The notes under the pieces are model-generated. The model searched no databases and was not told the origin of the DNA. It worked only from the letters and a program-made list of their open reading frames with translations. From Terriglobia bacterium (GTDB taxonomy: Bacteria; Acidobacteriota; Terriglobia; Acidiferrales; UBA7541): a stretch of DNA of 64,000 nucleotides. The position numbers and the translations under genes were made by a program. The DNA is taken from contig OY968796.1 in assembly GCA_963695545.1 (NCBI GenBank), positions 2,688,001 to 2,752,000 of the forward strand. The letters are read 5' to 3'. Position 1 is the stretch's first letter. Every line of letters starts with the position of its first letter. Below, one piece after another: positions 48,105 through 59,400 of this stretch.

Positions 48105-50039
48105 TTGACGCGTCGTGCGAACGCCCGCATGATTTGGGCCCGGATGCGATTTCATTTCCAGGTTTGTCTGCTAGTCCGAACCGAGCCCCGAGAATCTCTG
48201 TCTTTGTTTCGTGCGGATGACCGCGTTTTTCGACAGAGCGACGCGGAGCCCCCTCACGCCATCGACGCCCTGCCACTTATTTCTAGCGCTCGCCATTTCT
48301 GCACGGCCTGCCTGTTGATTGCGCTGTTTGCTCAGGCGCTTTGCGTTTTCGGGCAGGCGCCGGCGGCGAAACCCGATGCTGTCTACTTCGAGGATATCGC
48401 CGCGCGAGCGGGAATCACGGCGCTCGATGTCTATGGCGGGGACAAGCACAAGGAATTCATTATCGAGACCACGGGCAACGGCGCGGTGATCTTCGATTTC
48501 GACAACGACGGCTGGCCCGACATTTTTTTGCCAAACGGATCGACCGTCGAAGGTTTCCCGCCAGGCGAAGCGCCGACCAGTCATCTCTATCACAACAATC
48601 ATGACGGGACTTTCACGGACGTCACCGTGAAGGCTGGCTTGGCGCACGCGGGTTGGGGACAGGGCGCGTGCGTGGGCGACTATGACAACGACGGCTATCT
48701 CGATCTGGCCGTGACTTATTGGGGACAGACGATTCTGTATCACAACAACGGCGATGGGACTTTCACCGACGTGACGGAAAGAGCCGGGTTGAAAACGGCG
48801 CGCGCGGAATGGAGCACGGGATGCAGCTTTGTCGATTACGACCGCGACGGAAAAGTGGATCTTTTTCTTTCGCGTTATGTGGATTTCGACTACGACACGG
48901 TGCCGCGCCCGGGCCAGGCCGAATCGTGCAATTGGAAAGGAATCGCGGTGATGTGCGGTCCGCGAGGGCTGAAGACCAGCGTAAATGCGCTGTACCACAA
49001 CAACGGCGACGGCACGTTCACCGATGTTTCGGTGCAATCGCACATCACGCAGGCTTCGCCGTGTTTCGGTTTTACGGCGCTCACGGCGGACTTCGATATG
49101 GACGGGTGGCCGGATATCTATGTGGCGTGCGATACCACGGCCAATTTGCTTTATCACAACAATCATGACGGAACGTTTACGGAAGTGGCCAAGCAGGCGG
49201 GCGTGGCTTACAACGAAGACGGGCTGCTGCAGGCGGGGATGGGATTGTCGGCAGCGGATTACACGCACGACGGGCTTCAATCCGTGGTGCAAACGAATTT
49301 CAGCGACGATTCGCCGACGCTGTACTTGAACCGCGGCGGGATGAATTTCGACGATGTGACGTACACCGCGGGCCTGGGAAAAATTCGGAATTGGCTCGGG
49401 TGGGGAGTGCAGTTCTACGATTTCGACAACAGCGGCTGGCCGGGAATCCTGATTATCAACGGTCACGTGTATCCGGAGGTCGACAGCAAGAGTTTGGGGA
49501 CGAGCTACCGGGAGCCGCGCGTGCTTTATCGCAATTTGCGCGACGGCACGTTTGCCAACGTCACGGCCGACGCCGGCCCAGCGCTGAGCGAAATGCACTC
49601 CGGGCGCGGGATTGCGCTCGGCGATCTTTTTAACGACGGTCATCTCGAGGCGCTGGTGAACAACATGAACGAGAAGCCTTCGCTCTATTACAACACTCAG
49701 GCCGTCGGGAATTTCATCAGTTTGCAGCTCGTAGGCGTGCAGTCGAATCGCGCGGCGATTGGGGCGGTGGTCACGCTGGAAACTGGCAGCGACCGGTACG
49801 CGCAGGAAGTTCGCAGCGGCGGCGGATACATTTCGCAGAGTGACCTGCGATTGCATTTTGGTTTGGGCAAGGCGACACACGCTGAGAAAATTATGATTCG
49901 TTGGCCGAGCGGATCGGTTGAGACGCTGCAGAATCTTCCGGCAAATCAATACTACGTGGTGCGAGAGGGAAGCGGGGTCGATGCCAGTAGGACGCACGGC
50001 GTGAGCCCGACGCCGGCGCTTGTTGGCGCACAGAAATAA
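48105..50039 (+). CDS. CRTAC1-family protein (FG-GAP plus ASPIC/UnbV); true start uncertain, probably ~48270
   Basis: Signal-like CLLIALFAQALCVFG; DFDNDGWPD repeats; SNRAAIGA, GYISQSDLRLHFGLG, WPSG. Confidence 0.88.
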   Translation: MTRRANARMIWARMRFHFQVCLLVRTEPRESLSLFRADDRVFRQSDAEPPHAIDALPLISSARHFCTACLLIALFAQALCVFGQAPAAKPDAVYFEDIAARAGITALDVYGGDKHKEFIIETTGNGAVIFDFDNDGWPDIFLPNGSTVEGFPPGEAPTSHLYHNNHDGTFTDVTVKAGLAHAGWGQGACVGDYDNDGYLDLAVTYWGQTILYHNNGDGTFTDVTERAGLKTARAEWSTGCSFVDYDRDGKVDLFLSRYVDFDYDTVPRPGQAESCNWKGIAVMCGPRGLKTSVNALYHNNGDGTFTDVSVQSHITQASPCFGFTALTADFDMDGWPDIYVACDTTANLLYHNNHDGTFTEVAKQAGVAYNEDGLLQAGMGLSAADYTHDGLQSVVQTNFSDDSPTLYLNRGGMNFDDVTYTAGLGKIRNWLGWGVQFYDFDNSGWPGILIINGHVYPEVDSKSLGTSYREPRVLYRNLRDGTFANVTADAGPALSEMHSGRGIALGDLFNDGHLEALVNNMNEKPSLYYNTQAVGNFISLQLVGVQSNRAAIGAVVTLETGSDRYAQEVRSGGGYISQSDLRLHFGLGKATHAEKIMIRWPSGSVETLQNLPANQYYVVREGSGVDASRTHGVSPTPALVGAQK

Positions 50040-50048
50040 GTTTATCGC

Positions 50049-51545
50049 CTAGGTCAATGATGAGCGATCGGGCGGACGGCGGAAGGCGCCGCACGCTTCT
50101 TCAATCTTTGCCGCGACGGCGAGAATCGCTTCTTCCTGCCATGGACGCCCCACGATTTGTACTCCGATCGGCAGACCTTCCGGCGATTGACCGACGGGCA
50201 CGACCACGGCGGGATTGCCAAGCAAGTTGAACCACTGTGAATATGCCATAGCCTTGAGATATTCGATTTTGCGTCCCGCGACAGTCCACTCTCGTTCGCC
50301 GTGGCGAAATGCCGGAATCGCGCAAACGGGACAGATGAGGATGGGGGAGTGCTCCATCTTTGCGAGGAATTTTCTGCGCAGATCATCGCGCTGGAGAAGC
50401 GTATCGAGGAGTTCGTCGGCGCTAAGCGGCGGCTGGGATGCGACGTAACCGCGAAACTGCGTGAGAAGCGGGCTCAGGTCGGCATCGTGGCCGGCGAGCA
50501 GAGGAGCGAAGGCCATTTGTCCGGCGCGGCCGAAAAGATTCCACCACAACTTCCAAACTTGATCGAGATTTTCGGGACGCCATTCTTGAACGTGAAATCG
50601 CTGTTGCTCGAGTGCCCCAGCGGCTCGGCGAACGGCGGCAGCGGTTTCGGGAGTTGCCGGCGCAAAATCGTGTGAATCAAAAAATCCGACGCGAAGTTTT
50701 CGGAGTTCGCGATCGCCCCATTTTCGCAATGCGACTGGCGCGGCACACGGATCGCCGGGGTCGGGGCCGGCCATCACCTCAAAGAGCTTTTTCACATCGC
50801 CCACGGTGCGAGCCATCGGGCCTACGACTCCAAGCTGCGCGAAAGGGCCGGCCGATTCTGGAAAATGGCCGGTGGAAGGAATTCGGCCGGGCGTCGGCTT
50901 GAGGCCGCAAATGCCGCTGAAATGTGCGGGAATGCGAATCGAGCCGCCGCCGTCGCTCCCGACGCCCCCGGCGGAACAGCCTGCGGCGATGGCGGCGGCT
51001 TCTCCACCGCTGGAGCCGCCGGGCGTGCGGCCGAGATCCCAGGGGCTATTCGTGCGGCCGTAGAGAAGGTTGTCCGTTTCATACGCCATCAGAAATTCGG
51101 GAACGTTGGTGTTTCCGAGAATGATCGCGCCGGCGGCGCGCAATCGCGCGACGAGGGGAGCGTCGCTGACGAAGCGATTGCCCGCGCGTATCCGGCTACC
51201 GCATTCGCACGGGAATCCGGCGACGTCAATCGAGCTTTTGATCGTGATGGGAACGCCGCGGAGAGCGCGCGCCGCGCCATTCTTGTAATGACGCGACCGC
51301 GCCTGGTCCGCGTCGCGCGCCTCGGCTCTGGATTGGTCGAAGCAGAAGTGCACGAATGAGTTGAGTTTGGGATTCACACGTTCGATTTGAGCGATGTGCG
51401 CTTCGACTAATTCCGAAGCGGAAACTTTGCTCGCGCGAACGAGATTTGCCATCTCAACCAAAGAGCTGTAGACGATCTCGCTCAAATTCGTCACCGGTTC
51501 CTTCGCGATTTGGGAATCGAATGTTAGCACGTGGCGTCCGCTCAA
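50049..51545 (-). CDS. Amidase-signature family enzyme; start possibly GTG 51494
   Basis: GVPITIKS, PGGSSGGEAAA, GSDGGGSIRIPA, GLKPTPG, GLPIGVQIV. Confidence 0.93.
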   Translation of the reverse strand: MSGRHVLTFDSQIAKEPVTNLSEIVYSSLVEMANLVRASKVSASELVEAHIAQIERVNPKLNSFVHFCFDQSRAEARDADQARSRHYKNGAARALRGVPITIKSSIDVAGFPCECGSRIRAGNRFVSDAPLVARLRAAGAIILGNTNVPEFLMAYETDNLLYGRTNSPWDLGRTPGGSSGGEAAAIAAGCSAGGVGSDGGGSIRIPAHFSGICGLKPTPGRIPSTGHFPESAGPFAQLGVVGPMARTVGDVKKLFEVMAGPDPGDPCAAPVALRKWGDRELRKLRVGFFDSHDFAPATPETAAAVRRAAGALEQQRFHVQEWRPENLDQVWKLWWNLFGRAGQMAFAPLLAGHDADLSPLLTQFRGYVASQPPLSADELLDTLLQRDDLRRKFLAKMEHSPILICPVCAIPAFRHGEREWTVAGRKIEYLKAMAYSQWFNLLGNPAVVVPVGQSPEGLPIGVQIVGRPWQEEAILAVAAKIEEACGAFRRPPDRSSLT

Positions 51546-51560
51546 GCTTTCTCGCCAAGC

Positions 51561-51710
51561 GATTCGGCGAGCGGCAGGATCGAGAAGGCCAAGAGCTGGC
51601 GACCGTTAGCGCGACTGCGTTGAATCGAAGGTGAAAGCGCGGCGATCGGGTCCCTAATGCTTTTGCACTATTGTCCCAGTTTGACGAGCGTGTCGTAATT
51701 CGTCCCGCTT
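51561..51710 (+). repeat. Diverged direct repeat, copy 2: decayed CRTAC1 3'-end fragment plus dyad box 2 promoter
   Basis: Residual translation ...SGRIEK.../...DCVESKVKARRSGP* versus ...SGRTEE.../...ECVESKGIAPRSGT* in 43486-45207. Confidence 0.78.
51653..51699 (+). promoter_or_regulatory. Dyad box 2 (TAATGC-TTTT-GCACTA) plus extended -10-like TGt-CGTAAT upstream of the cytochrome operon
   Basis: 6-4-6 dyad with one mismatch at 51655-51670; 23-nt spacing to CGTAAT. Confidence 0.6.
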
Positions 51711-51841
51711 TCGTGGTCTGATCGCCGTGTCACTCAGAGATATTGCCGATTTGAGTGATAAGATTCGCGGCTGCGAAGGGATTTCGGCCCGGGGGCATGT
51801 GTGTCATTTCTCGTCTCGATCCCTTTGTTTCCTGACTCACG

Positions 51842-54685
51842 ATGAGAAGGCTTAGCCGCATCCTGCTGGCCGCGCTTTTCCTTTCAGCGGCGTATCTCTT
51901 CGCGTGGCCGTCGGCGACGGTGCCGTATTTTGGGGCCGTGATCCTGCATCTGATCGCAGGCGTGGTTTTTCTGTTCAGTTTGATTTTTGTATTTCGCGGG
52001 ATCTGGCGAGACGCGAGTCCAATTGCGCGGATCGGTTGGATTCTCCTGGTTCTCGGCGGAATCGCGGGAGCGGCGCTGATCTATACGGGGACGCCCCACA
52101 GTAAATGGGATTTGGTGTACGCGCACATCGGGGCGTGCATGGCGGGGGGATCGCTACTTCTATCGGAGTGGATCGGCAAGCGCGGATTTATGCGCGGCGG
52201 GTATTTCGCCGGCGTGCTGCGGGCGACGATTGTTTTGATCGCCGCCGGAGCCGTAGCGGCGGGCGCGTATTGGGTTCGCACGGTGCCGTGGCAGCGCGCG
52301 AATCGCATTGACAATCCTTCGATTGCTCCAGAAACGATGAACGACGAAGGCGATGGGCCGAGCGGCCCATTTTTTCCGAGCTCCGCGCAGACCGAGGGCG
52401 GAGTGCACATTCCGGCGAGCTATTTCACGGAGTCCGATAGTTGCGAGCGCTGCCACGCGGATATTTACAAGGAATGGCAAGGCTCGGCGCACCATTTTTC
52501 ATCGTTCAACAACGCGTGGTATCGCAAGAGCATCGAGTACATGCAGGACACGGTGGGAATTAAGCCGTCGAAATGGTGCGCCGGGTGTCATGATCCCGCG
52601 CTGCTCTATAGCGGAATGTTTGACCGGCCGATCCGCGAAGTTGAGGACACTCCGGCGGGGCAAGCGGGCCTTGGTTGCATGATGTGCCATTCCATCGCGA
52701 AGGTGAAAAGCACGATGGGCCAGGGAGATTTCGTGCTGGAGTATCCTGCGTTGCATCGTTTGGCCGCGAGCAAAAATCTTTGGGTGCGCCGCTTTCACGA
52801 TTTCCTGATCGATCTCAATCCCGAGCCGCATCGGCGCGTGTTCTTGAAACCGTTCATGCGCACGCAGACCGCGCAATTTTGCTCTACGTGCCACAAAGTG
52901 CATCTCGATGTGCCGGTGAACCACTATCGCTGGGTGCGGGGCTTCAACGAGTACGACAACTGGCAGGCCAGCGGCGTATCGGGCGGAGGCGCGCGTTCGT
53001 TTTATTATCCGAAGGCGCCGCAGATGTGCGCGGACTGTCACATGCCGCTCACGAATTCTACGGACGCAGGAAACGTCGCCGGGTTCATCCATTCCCATCG
53101 TTTTCCGGCGGCGAATACCGCGCTGCCTTTCGTGAATGGGTTGACGGCGCAACTCGACGCCACGGAAGATTTCCTTACGAAGAATCAAGTGAGCGTGGAC
53201 ATTTTTGCCATTTCGCCGGAAAGCGAATCGCGCGCGGCGAACCAATCGAGCGCCGCAGCCGCGAGCCCTGAATTCGCGACGACGTTCGCGGTGGGCGAAG
53301 AAGCGGAGACGGCCGGCCCCGCGAATGCTTCGCCGGAGTCCGCGACGCCTACCGCGATGCTGACGGCTCCGATGAATCGCGCCGATGTCGAGGTGCGCGG
53401 GGGCGGAACTTATCGCGTGGATGTTGTGGTGCGCACGCGCACCGTTGGACACTTTTTCCCAGGCGGCACGGTAGACGCGTACGATTGCTGGCTCGCGCTT
53501 GACGCCACGGATGACAAAGGCCGGGTGATTTTCTTCAGCGGATACGTTCAGGATGATGGCAAGGGGCCCGTGGATCCGAGTGCGCATTTTTACCGCTCGT
53601 TGCAAATCGACGCCCACGGCAACGCGATCACTAAACGCAACACCTGGTCCACACGCGCAGTGGTTTACGTTCACTTGATTCCGCCCGGCGCGGCGGACAC
53701 GGTGCACTACCGAATTAAAATCCCGCGCGATGCGGTCGGGCACATACATCTGCGCGCGCGTCTCAATTATCGAAAGTTTGCATGGTGGAATACGCAGTTT
53801 GCGTTCGCCGGCGTGCACGATCCGAGCCAGAGCAATCCCCAGGTGTCCCCGGACTTCGACGATACGCGATGGGTTTTTACGGGTGACCCGTCCCGCGCGC
53901 CCGGCGGCGCCAAGGGGATTCCAAATCTGCCGATTGTGACCATGGCCGAAAACGATCTGACGGTGGGGATTCTGCCTGAAGGCGCGAAGGAGCCTGCGCC
54001 AAAAATTGCGGCGAACGGCGACGATTGGTCCCGTTGGAACGATTACGGAATTGGCCTGCTCACGCAAGGCGATCTTTCGGGCGCCGCATTCGCATTTCGA
54101 GAGGCCACAGCAGCCGCACCGGAGAATCCCGATGGCTGGGTGAACATCGGCCGAGTGCGCGTGCAAGAAGGGAACGACGCCGCAGCGGAGCAGGCGCTCG
54201 AACGCGCGCTCGCGCTCAGCCCGCACCTTGCGCGCGCGCACTATTTCTATGCCAGAGCGTTGCGCAACGAGGGCAAGTACGACGAGGCCATGACGCACTT
54301 GCGCGAAGTGCTGGAGCAATATCCGGATGATCGTGTGGTGCACGATGATCTCGGACGCATTCTTTTCCTCGAACGCCGCTACTCGGATGCGATTCGCGAA
54401 TTTCAAGCCACGACTGCGATCGATCCCGAGGATTTGGAAGCGAATTACAATTTAATGCTGTGCTACACGGGTTTGCGGCAGCCCGGAACGGCGGGAGAAT
54501 ACGAGAAGAGATATTTGCGTTTTAAGGCCGACGAAGCGTCGCAAACGCTCACGGGTCCGTACCTGCGCACGCACCCGTACGACAATCTGGAACGGCAACT
54601 TATTCACGAACACACCTCTAGCTACGTTGAGTCTTCACAGGAAAAGCGATATGAAGCGGCTGCCGGCGGGAGCGGTGCAAATTGA
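51842..54685 (+). CDS. Membrane-anchored multiheme (five CxxCH) c-type cytochrome with C-terminal TPR repeats
   Basis: About 5 N-terminal TM segments; CERCH, CAGCH, CMMCH, CSTCH, CADCH; VGHFFPGG; TPRs from WNDYGIGLL. Confidence 0.88.
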   Translation: MRRLSRILLAALFLSAAYLFAWPSATVPYFGAVILHLIAGVVFLFSLIFVFRGIWRDASPIARIGWILLVLGGIAGAALIYTGTPHSKWDLVYAHIGACMAGGSLLLSEWIGKRGFMRGGYFAGVLRATIVLIAAGAVAAGAYWVRTVPWQRANRIDNPSIAPETMNDEGDGPSGPFFPSSAQTEGGVHIPASYFTESDSCERCHADIYKEWQGSAHHFSSFNNAWYRKSIEYMQDTVGIKPSKWCAGCHDPALLYSGMFDRPIREVEDTPAGQAGLGCMMCHSIAKVKSTMGQGDFVLEYPALHRLAASKNLWVRRFHDFLIDLNPEPHRRVFLKPFMRTQTAQFCSTCHKVHLDVPVNHYRWVRGFNEYDNWQASGVSGGGARSFYYPKAPQMCADCHMPLTNSTDAGNVAGFIHSHRFPAANTALPFVNGLTAQLDATEDFLTKNQVSVDIFAISPESESRAANQSSAAAASPEFATTFAVGEEAETAGPANASPESATPTAMLTAPMNRADVEVRGGGTYRVDVVVRTRTVGHFFPGGTVDAYDCWLALDATDDKGRVIFFSGYVQDDGKGPVDPSAHFYRSLQIDAHGNAITKRNTWSTRAVVYVHLIPPGAADTVHYRIKIPRDAVGHIHLRARLNYRKFAWWNTQFAFAGVHDPSQSNPQVSPDFDDTRWVFTGDPSRAPGGAKGIPNLPIVTMAENDLTVGILPEGAKEPAPKIAANGDDWSRWNDYGIGLLTQGDLSGAAFAFREATAAAPENPDGWVNIGRVRVQEGNDAAAEQALERALALSPHLARAHYFYARALRNEGKYDEAMTHLREVLEQYPDDRVVHDDLGRILFLERRYSDAIREFQATTAIDPEDLEANYNLMLCYTGLRQPGTAGEYEKRYLRFKADEASQTLTGPYLRTHPYDNLERQLIHEHTSSYVESSQEKRYEAAAGGSGAN

Positions 54686-56406
54686 CGCGGCGACGAAGCG
54701 CGTTGCATTTCGCGGCGGTTTGCTGCGTTGTGATTTGCGCTGCGTGGATTAGCGCATCGCTCGGAAGTCCGACCAAAGTCACCGCGCAGCCGGCGGGCAT
54801 ACGATTTGAAGACATTACGCGGGCCGCAGGCATTCATTTTGTTCATAACAACGGCAGTTTCGGCAAGAAATGGCTGCCCGAAACCATGGGGCCGGGCGTT
54901 GCTTTTATCGACTTTGACAATGACGGCTGGCAGGACATCTTGATCGTGAACGGAATGGACTGGCCAGGCCACGTGCGGCATCACTCGACGCTGGCGCTTT
55001 ACCGCAACAATCACGATGGCACGTTCACGGACGTTACGGCCAAGGCCGGCCTCGATGTTGAAATGTATGGGATGGGCGTGGCGGTCGGGGACTACAACAA
55101 CGACGGCTATGACGACATTTTTGTCACGTGCCTGGGGCAGAGCCACTTGTTTCGCAACAATGGCAATGGCACGTTCACGGATGTGACGAAGCGAGCCGGG
55201 CTGTGGGGACCGAACGAATTCAGCACGAGCGCCGCGTGGGTGGACTACGATCGCGACGGTCACCTTGATCTCGTAGTCGCGAATTACGTGCAGTGGTCGC
55301 CTGCAAACGACATCTACTGCACGCTCGACGGTAAGACGAAATCGTACTGCACGCCGGAGTCCTATAACGGAACCTCGGTGCGACTGTGGCACAATCGCGG
55401 CGATGGGACCTTCGAGGACGCGACCGCGAAGGCCGGCTTGCTCGATCCGACGTCGAAGAGCCTCGGCGTCGCGATCCTCGACGCGAATCGGGACGGCTGG
55501 CCCGACATCCTGATCAGCAACGACACGCAGCCGAATAAGTTGTACATGAACAACGGCAACGGCACGTTCACGGAGAAAGGCGTCTCAGCAGGCGTGGCCT
55601 ACAGCGAGGACGGAATCGCGCGCGCCGGAATGGGCGTGGACACGGCGGATTACGATAGGTCCGGTTATCCGAGCGTGCTGATCACGAATTTCGCGAATCA
55701 AATGGTTTCGCTTTATCACAACGAAGGCAACGGGCTGTTTGTCGATGAAGCGCCTCAATCGGAAGTGGGGCATGCCACGTTGCTCACGCTCGGATTTGGC
55801 TGCTTTTTCTTCGACTACGATCTCGATGGATGGCCTGACATCTACGTCGCCGACGGCCACATTGAAGACGCGATCGAGCGAGTGCAGCCTCTGGTGCGCT
55901 ATGCCGAGCCGCCACACATGTTCCGCAATCTTGGCAACGGGAAATTCGAGGATGTCACGGGCACGTTGGGCACAGCATTCGCGGCCCCTGAGGTCGCGCG
56001 AGGTGCCGCATACGGTGATATTTATAACGATGGGGCGCTCGATCTGCTTGTCTCCACAAACGGCGGCCCCGTGCATCTATTCCGCAACACGGGCACGACA
56101 AACAATAGCCTGCGCATCAAGCTCGTGGGAACGAAGTCGAATCGCGATGGGATCGGAACGGTTGTGCGCTTGGCGGCCGGCAGTGACATTCAATCGAAGA
56201 TGCTCTCGAGTGGCTCGAGCTACCTTTCCTCCAGCGAACTGATTTTAACGTTCGGCCTCGCAACGCATGCGCAAGCGGACACCATCGATCTCTATTGGCC
56301 AAGCGGACAGACTGAACACTTGACAGGCATCGCGGCAAATCAAATCATCACCGTCAAAGAGGGCCAGGGCGTCGTGTCGTCGAAAGCCCTCGCGAAGCGC
56401 CCATAG
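54682..56406 (+). CDS. CRTAC1-family protein (FG-GAP plus ASPIC/UnbV), close paralog of 43486-45207
   Basis: FGKKWLPETMG, DFDNDGWQDILIVN, KSYCTPESY, NDTQPNKLY, ARAGMGVD, SNRDGIG; TTGA overlap with the cytochrome gene. Confidence 0.9.
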   Translation: MTRRRSALHFAAVCCVVICAAWISASLGSPTKVTAQPAGIRFEDITRAAGIHFVHNNGSFGKKWLPETMGPGVAFIDFDNDGWQDILIVNGMDWPGHVRHHSTLALYRNNHDGTFTDVTAKAGLDVEMYGMGVAVGDYNNDGYDDIFVTCLGQSHLFRNNGNGTFTDVTKRAGLWGPNEFSTSAAWVDYDRDGHLDLVVANYVQWSPANDIYCTLDGKTKSYCTPESYNGTSVRLWHNRGDGTFEDATAKAGLLDPTSKSLGVAILDANRDGWPDILISNDTQPNKLYMNNGNGTFTEKGVSAGVAYSEDGIARAGMGVDTADYDRSGYPSVLITNFANQMVSLYHNEGNGLFVDEAPQSEVGHATLLTLGFGCFFFDYDLDGWPDIYVADGHIEDAIERVQPLVRYAEPPHMFRNLGNGKFEDVTGTLGTAFAAPEVARGAAYGDIYNDGALDLLVSTNGGPVHLFRNTGTTNNSLRIKLVGTKSNRDGIGTVVRLAAGSDIQSKMLSSGSSYLSSSELILTFGLATHAQADTIDLYWPSGQTEHLTGIAANQIITVKEGQGVVSSKALAKRP

Positions 56407-56408
56407 AA

Positions 56409-59400
56409 ATGCCTCGATCGGCCCGCACCGGGGGGACCGTGAATCGTTGGAAGCGAATTCTCGCGCCGGCGGCGATGATCGCTTGCGCGTTCCTGTGCGT
56501 TGCCTCGCGAGGCGCGAAGGATTCCGCGGCTTTCCAGCAGACGGCGACTGGGGACAGCGCGACGCATCTCGAAGCGGTGCGCGAAAATAATTTCGGCGTT
56601 GCGTTGATGAATCGCCAGCAATTTGGCGACGCGCTTGCGAAATTCCAGGCGGCGTGCGCGCAAGTGCCTAAGACCGATGTTCCGTGCGTGAATGTGGGCA
56701 TCACGCTTTTCAACCTGCAGCGCTACGACGAGGCGCGCAAGCTACTCGCCGAAATTGTAGGCCTCGACCCACAGAGCGCGCGAGCGTGGTTCAACCTCGG
56801 CCTCCTAGATAAAGCGGCGGGCGCGTTCGATGCGGCGCTCGTCGATTTCAACCGAGTCGCACAGATCGATTCCGACGACGCGGATTCGCGATACTTCGTC
56901 GGTCTTATTTATTCGCAGCAGAAACAGTACGACAAGGCCATCGCGTCGTTTCGCGAGGCGCTGGCGCGGAATCCGTTCCATCTTTCGGCGGAGTTCGGAT
57001 TGGCGCAGGCGGAGCAGCGGTCGGGCGATCTTGCGAGCGCAAAAGAGAATTTGGAAAGTTTCGAGCATCTGAACGCGACAAAACTCGGTGTGCCGATTGG
57101 CTCCGCGTACGGCCAGCAGGGGAATTATTCGCTTACGGCGTCGATGACGCCCGCGCCCGAGCCCGTGCCGCCGCCAATTCCAGTTCATTTTGTCGATGTC
57201 ACCGCGTCTGCCGGCCTCTCACCGACGCCCTCTCTAGAGAAGCCGGCAGTAGATTCCACGCTCGCTAATTTCCTCGGCAGCGGGGCTTGCGTGATCGACT
57301 ACGACGGCGACGGCAAGCCCGACATTTTTTTTCTCGATGCGGATGGACGCGGCGACGCGGCGCTCTATCACAATATCGGCGACGGCAAGTTTGTGGATGT
57401 GACGAAAGCCGCGGGACTCGATCTTCACGGAGAGGGAACCAGCTGCGCCGTCGGCGATTACGACAACGACGGTAAGCCGGATTTGGCGATTGCATGGAAC
57501 GGCCACCTTATGCTTTTTCACAACGAGGGGAACGGCGTTCTCAAAGACGTGACCGAGAAGGCGGGGATTAAGACCGACGGCCTTCTGCTGGGCATAACTT
57601 TCGTCGATTACGATCACGACGGCGACCTCGATCTGTACGTCACACGCTTCGAAAACTTTCCTTTTCCCGGCCCCTCGCAGCCTTTTGCGTTTCCCGCGGA
57701 CGCGTCTGCGCCTGGAAACGTTCTCTGGCGCAACAACGGCAATGGCACGTTCACGGAATGGACAAACGAAACGGCTCTCGGCGGTGACAAGCCTTCTGTT
57801 GCAGCGATCGCGAGCGACGTGAACAACGACCGCGCGGTCGATCTCGTTGTCACAGGCTGGGGCAAATCGCCGCAGGTGTTTCTGAACCCGCGCGAAGGAA
57901 AATTCAAGGCCATAACTCCATGGACGTCCGACATGCCGGCGCCAACCGCGGGAGCCGTGGCGCTCGATTTCGACAAGGATGGCCGGATGGATCTCGCGTT
58001 CACGCACTGGGGCGCGCCGGGTCTCAGTTTGTGGCGAAACGTCGATGGGAAATCGTTCGAGCGCGTCGCGCTGCCCGACCTCGGCTGGGAGCGCGGTTGG
58101 GGAGTGGCGCCGATCGATTATGACAACGATGGCTGGATCGACCTGGTGGCCGTCGGAGAAACCAAATCGGGTGAAGGGCGGATTGCGCTGTTGCGCAACG
58201 AAGGCCCCGCTGGATTTCGAGACGTATCTCACGACGTCGGCCTCGACAAAATCGTGCTGCGCAATCCGCGCAGTGTGATCGCATTCGATTACGATGGCGA
58301 TGGCGCAGTTGATTTGCTGATCACGCAAAACAATTTGCCGCCCGTTTTGCTTCGCAACGTGGGAGGCAGCCGAAATAATTGGCTCGAGCTCGCGCTCAAA
58401 GGCGAGCATGACAACGCGACGGGAATTGGCACGAAAGTTGAGATTTCCGCCGGCGCTCTCCAGCAGAAATGGGAAGTTCCCGGTGCGTCGGGATATTTGG
58501 GGCAAGGCTCGGCCGAGATTCACGCCGGCTTGGGCGACGAGCAACAAACCGACATCGTCAGGCTGCTTTGGCCTACGGGCGTGCTTCAGGACGAGCTGGA
58601 TATTCCCGCTGGGAAACGGAACGAAATCACTGAGATCGACCGCCGCGGAAGTTCCTGCCCGATTGTGTTCGCGTGGAACGGGAAGAAATTTGATTTTCTT
58701 GCGGATGTGATCGGTCCGGGCATCGTGGGTCACTGGATCGGACCGAACCAGCGGAATACTCCCGACCCCGAGGAATATTTTAAAGTTGCTGGATCGGAGG
58801 TGAGCCCGAAAGCTGGGCACATTCTATTCCGGATGATTGAGCCGATGGAGGAACTCGATTACCTCGATCGTGTGCGGCTGCTCGCTGTTGACCACCCCGC
58901 CGATGAGGAAGTTTATCCAAACGCATATTTCGCGAGTAATCCGCCGTTCCCGGAATTCAAGGTGATCGCGAGTCGCGGAGCGCATGCTCCCGCGGGCGCG
59001 TGGGACGATCAGGGGCGCGACGTTCTGCCGCTACTTCTCAGACGCGATCGAAAATATATTTCGGATCTGCCGGAGGCCCCGTACCAAGGATTCGCGGGAA
59101 TGCACTCGCTGAAACTCGATCTTGGTCCGTGGGATGCATCGCGCCCGCTGCGCCTGCTGATGGATGGGTTCACGGATTATTTTTCCGCGAACTCGATGTA
59201 CGCTGCGTGGCAGGCGGGGATTCAGCCGGTCGCGCCATTCATCGAGGCGCAGGATGCATCGGGCAAATGGATTCGCGTGGTGGACGACATGGGATTTCCC
59301 GCGGGTCTCGCGCGCACGATGGTTGCGGATTTGACGGGAAAACTTCCGCCCGGAACGCGCTACATTCGGATCACCACAAATCTGAAAATCTATTGGGATC

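Noticed and set aside
51730..51758. TCACTCA-N15-TGAGTGA inverted repeat upstream of the cytochrome gene
   Set aside because: Single 7-bp repeat, absent from the duplicate copy; could be chance
52499..54406. 635-aa minus ORF, and similar long antisense ORFs at 3284-4927, 48171-49997 and 57234-58820
   Set aside because: Antisense shadows of well-supported genes in GC-rich DNA
43486..58600. Recurring GGCACGTTCAC(G/C)GA-like DNA repeats
   Set aside because: They encode the NxDGTFTDVT motif of FG-GAP repeats and are not independent elements
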